A DNA stretch of 64,000 nt from an uncultured Methanospirillum sp. (GTDB taxonomy: Archaea > Halobacteriota > Methanomicrobia > Methanomicrobiales > Methanospirillaceae). Numbering within the stretch: the stretch's first letter is position 1; every line of letters starts with the position of its first letter. The stretch lies in the NCBI GenBank assembly GCA_964637135.1, contig CAZWTX010000010.1, positions 1 through 64,000 of the forward strand, in the 5' to 3' direction. Positions 61,511 to 64,000 of this stretch are shown here, in pieces. A model generated the notes under the pieces. The model made no database searches and had not been told where the DNA came from. It was given only the letters and a program-made list of their open reading frames with translations. Made by a program: the position numbers and the translations under genes.

Positions 61511-62104
61511 TCATGATCGTCGATCCAGGAAGAAGGGAATGATCATGATCACTGCTACAATGAACCAGAACTGGGCGAAGATAAAGAGAAGGTGTTCCTG
61601 GTTTTCATCATAAAACCGGATATCCACGGACCTCGTCTGGTTCCATTGAATGTGCGTGGATCCGTTTCCGTGTTCAACCGTATGACCTGACGGCTGCAGC
61701 GAGGTAAGGAGAGGATTGCCGACCTGGTACGGTTCCGGAATAATTACTTCTATCCGTGCAGGTTCAGGGAACTGCATCTGAAGGCTGTTTCCGGACATGG
61801 AATATTCATACCGGAGAGTATAGTTCCCGTCCGGGAAGGTTAGCACCCCTCGGTCATTTTTCATCTCAACAGGACCCGCATCTCCGTTCAGGGTCAGGTT
61901 CTTTGGTTCGAGCGGGATTCGCTCACCAAGCATACCTGCCTGGAAGAGATCATACCTCCCGGTATCATTGATCCTGATCAGGGCATCATATCCTGCTGCA
62001 TCCGGGTGTATTGAGAACGTTGCGTTAATACCGGCGGCTGCAGGTACGATACAGAGGATCAGAGCCCCAATGCAGCAAGCAATGATTCGAGTGTTGGATC
62101 GCAT
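61511..62104 (-). CDS. Conserved membrane-anchored hypothetical protein (DUF5803-like)
   Basis: Signal peptide, GMLGERIPL, VGNPLL, RFYD..QE.LL.IF.QFW C-terminal TM. Confidence 0.6.
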   Translation of the reverse strand: MRSNTRIIACCIGALILCIVPAAAGINATFSIHPDAAGYDALIRINDTGRYDLFQAGMLGERIPLEPKNLTLNGDAGPVEMKNDRGVLTFPDGNYTLRYEYSMSGNSLQMQFPEPARIEVIIPEPYQVGNPLLTSLQPSGHTVEHGNGSTHIQWNQTRSVDIRFYDENQEHLLFIFAQFWFIVAVIMIIPFFLDRRS

Positions 62105-63267
62105 TCTACAGGGGGTTCGCATTGTTTGATCACGGTCTCCGGATCTTTGAGGAGGTGTCCGGTCACCACGCAGACAACCCGTTCGGTCCGGTCGATGATC
62201 CCGGCTTCAACGAGTTTTTTCACCCCGGCAACCGAGGCCGCTGATGCCGGTTCAACACCGACACCTTCTTTTCGTGCGAGATCACGCTGCATTGCGAGAA
62301 TCTCTTCGTCGGTCACGGTATCTGCTGTCCCGCCGCTCTTCCTGATAGCGGTCAGGACTTTCTCGGCATTCACCGGGGCACCGATCCTGATTGCCGTGGC
62401 AACGGTTTCAGGATTCTGCTCTGGGATCACTTCCATGAGGTTTTCCCTGATAGCCCTGACGACCGGGGCAGAACCGGATGCCTGGATACCGGTCATCATC
62501 GGCATCCCGTCAACAAATCCGAGTTCCTGGAGCTCAATCATTCCCTTGTAGACTGCCGAGATGTTACCGGCATTCCCTACCGGGAGCACCATCCGGTCGG
62601 GTACCGATCCATTCAGCTGATCAATCACCTCAAATCCGATCGTCTTCTGACCTTCGAGCCGGTACGGGTTGACTGAGTTAAGAAGATATATTCCCTTCTT
62701 CTCGCAGAGATCCCTGACCATCTCAAGGGCACGATCAAAATTACCCCTGATCGAGACAACCCTCGCACCATGCATCAGGGCCTGGGCGACTTTTCCGAGC
62801 GCAACCTTCCCGGAGGGAAGAAGGACAATGGATGGAATTCCTCCCTTCGCACCGTATACTGCCAGGGAAGCCGAGGTGTTACCGGTACTGGCACAGGCGA
62901 CAGAGGTCATCTTCAGTTGTAATGCCATCGATACCCCTACCGTCATTCCCCGATCCTTGAAAGAGCCGGAGGGATTCATCCCTTCGTGTTTCGCATAGAG
63001 GTATGGAAGGCCCATCTCCTCGCCGATCCTTCTCAGGTGGTAGAGCGGAGTTCCACCTTCCTGCAGCGTGACCGGTTCACCGGTTACCGGAAGGAGCTCT
63101 TTGTACCGCCATACTGATACCGGGCGACTCTGCCAGTCTTTGCGGGTGATATTGATATTGGCAAGGTCATACCTGACCTCAAGAAGGTGACCGCAATGAC
63201 GGCAGGTGTAGATAACTGCATCTGCCGGATAGGTTGCCCCGCAGCCGATACAAACGAGATCATACAT
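62059..63267 (-). CDS. thrC: Threonine synthase
   Basis: N-terminal CxxC..CxxC, EGGTPL, NPSGSFKDRG, ASTGNTS, PVGNAGN, VEPASA, VTGHLLKD. Confidence 0.96.
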   Translation of the reverse strand: MYDLVCIGCGATYPADAVIYTCRHCGHLLEVRYDLANINITRKDWQSRPVSVWRYKELLPVTGEPVTLQEGGTPLYHLRRIGEEMGLPYLYAKHEGMNPSGSFKDRGMTVGVSMALQLKMTSVACASTGNTSASLAVYGAKGGIPSIVLLPSGKVALGKVAQALMHGARVVSIRGNFDRALEMVRDLCEKKGIYLLNSVNPYRLEGQKTIGFEVIDQLNGSVPDRMVLPVGNAGNISAVYKGMIELQELGFVDGMPMMTGIQASGSAPVVRAIRENLMEVIPEQNPETVATAIRIGAPVNAEKVLTAIRKSGGTADTVTDEEILAMQRDLARKEGVGVEPASAASVAGVKKLVEAGIIDRTERVVCVVTGHLLKDPETVIKQCEPPVECDPTLESLLAALGL

Positions 63268-63333
63268 GGTACATCAGGTAGATCCTCGATCTACTTCAGG
63301 ATGTGGGAAAAAGAAGGGGATGGTTGGATCAGG

Positions 63334-63963
63334 TCAGGACTGAGGTTCGGCAAATAACTCCCTGATCTGGGCAAGACGCTGATCCTGAAACTTCAGGTTT
63401 GTCTCCATGCTCCTGATTGCGGTATTGATATCATCAGAGAGTTGCATCGCCGGGTCAGAGATATCATAGGTTGCTGCCAGGAGTTTGAGCAACCGTTTTG
63501 TTATCTCGGTACTCTTCACCAGGCGGCCGTATTCCGTGATCAGGGTGTTATCAAAACCGCCTTCTGTTGCCCGTGCCATATCATCTGCAATCTGCTTCCG
63601 GCGGTTGATAACCCCTTCGATCGCAGCATACAGTTCACTGTGTGTCACCGGTTTTAGGATATAATCCTCTATGTACATGCCATATTCCTGGGCTTCCTGG
63701 GGGGTGAGCTGCTTTGCGGTTAGCATCATCACCGGTATGTCCTTCGTATCAAGATTCTGCTTGATTTCAACGAGGGTTTCCCACCCGTCCATCGGTTCCA
63801 TCATGATATCAAGGAGGATGAGATCCGGAGTGACTGAACTGAGCAGTTCTATTCCTTCCGGCCCACTGTTTGCCGATTTGACCGTGTACCCTCCCCTCTC
63901 AAGCATGGTGACAAATATGTCAACAATAAAAGGACTGTCATCGATAACAAGGATAGTAGACAT
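63334..63963 (-). CDS. Response regulator (receiver plus C-terminal helical domain)
   Basis: ILVIDDS, PDLILLDIMMEPMDG, MLTAK, DYILKP. Confidence 0.93.
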   Translation of the reverse strand: MSTILVIDDSPFIVDIFVTMLERGGYTVKSANSGPEGIELLSSVTPDLILLDIMMEPMDGWETLVEIKQNLDTKDIPVMMLTAKQLTPQEAQEYGMYIEDYILKPVTHSELYAAIEGVINRRKQIADDMARATEGGFDNTLITEYGRLVKSTEITKRLLKLLAATYDISDPAMQLSDDINTAIRSMETNLKFQDQRLAQIRELFAEPQS

Positions 63964-64000
63964 CAGAAACTTCCCCCGACATCTTCTGCAATCTCCCGTA

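Noticed and set aside
1..64000. CRISPR array, rRNA, transposase or integrase
   Set aside because: No regularly spaced repeats, rRNA-like sequence or recognisable mobile-element ORFs were seen, including next to the tRNA-Trp 3' end.
1..64000. Very frequent CCGG-containing hexamers and scarce CTAG
   Set aside because: Appears to be a window-wide compositional bias rather than a local element; not quantified.

Overview
Archaeal chromosomal window that reads as a hydrogenotrophic methanogen of the Methanomicrobiales (Methanospirillum-like). This rests on the fae-hps fusion, an intron-containing tRNA-Trp with an intronic box C/D guide, 'TRHDILN'-type histidine kinases, PKD and COG1361 surface proteins, and oligo-T terminators. 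Most genes are housekeeping, transport or signalling genes (moeA, ABC binding proteins, two MCPs, RND/MFS/P-type ATPase, htpX, crcB pair, paaK pair, speD, thrC). Two loci stand out. (1) At 45.3-49.2 kb a translationally coupled operon encodes a corrinoid (B12-binding) protein, a UroD/MtaA-family protein that appears to lack the canonical Zn ligands, and a histidine kinase with an N-terminal Cys/His-rich DUF1638-like domain. It is a candidate cobamide-based signal-transduction system. (2) At 13.2-22.1 kb two tandem ~1150-aa secreted paralogues each carry two long Ser/Thr-rich beta-hairpin-like segments bracketed by conserved Cys, followed by a multi-PKD protein. It is a candidate archaeal beta-pore-forming or surface system. 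Smaller items are an in-frame TGA separating a signal peptide from a binding protein, a frameshifted DJ-1/PfpI gene, an orphan truncated antitoxin-like ORF, and several operator-like palindromes. No CRISPR array, rRNA or transposase was seen. All family calls come from motif recognition by eye, not database searches.
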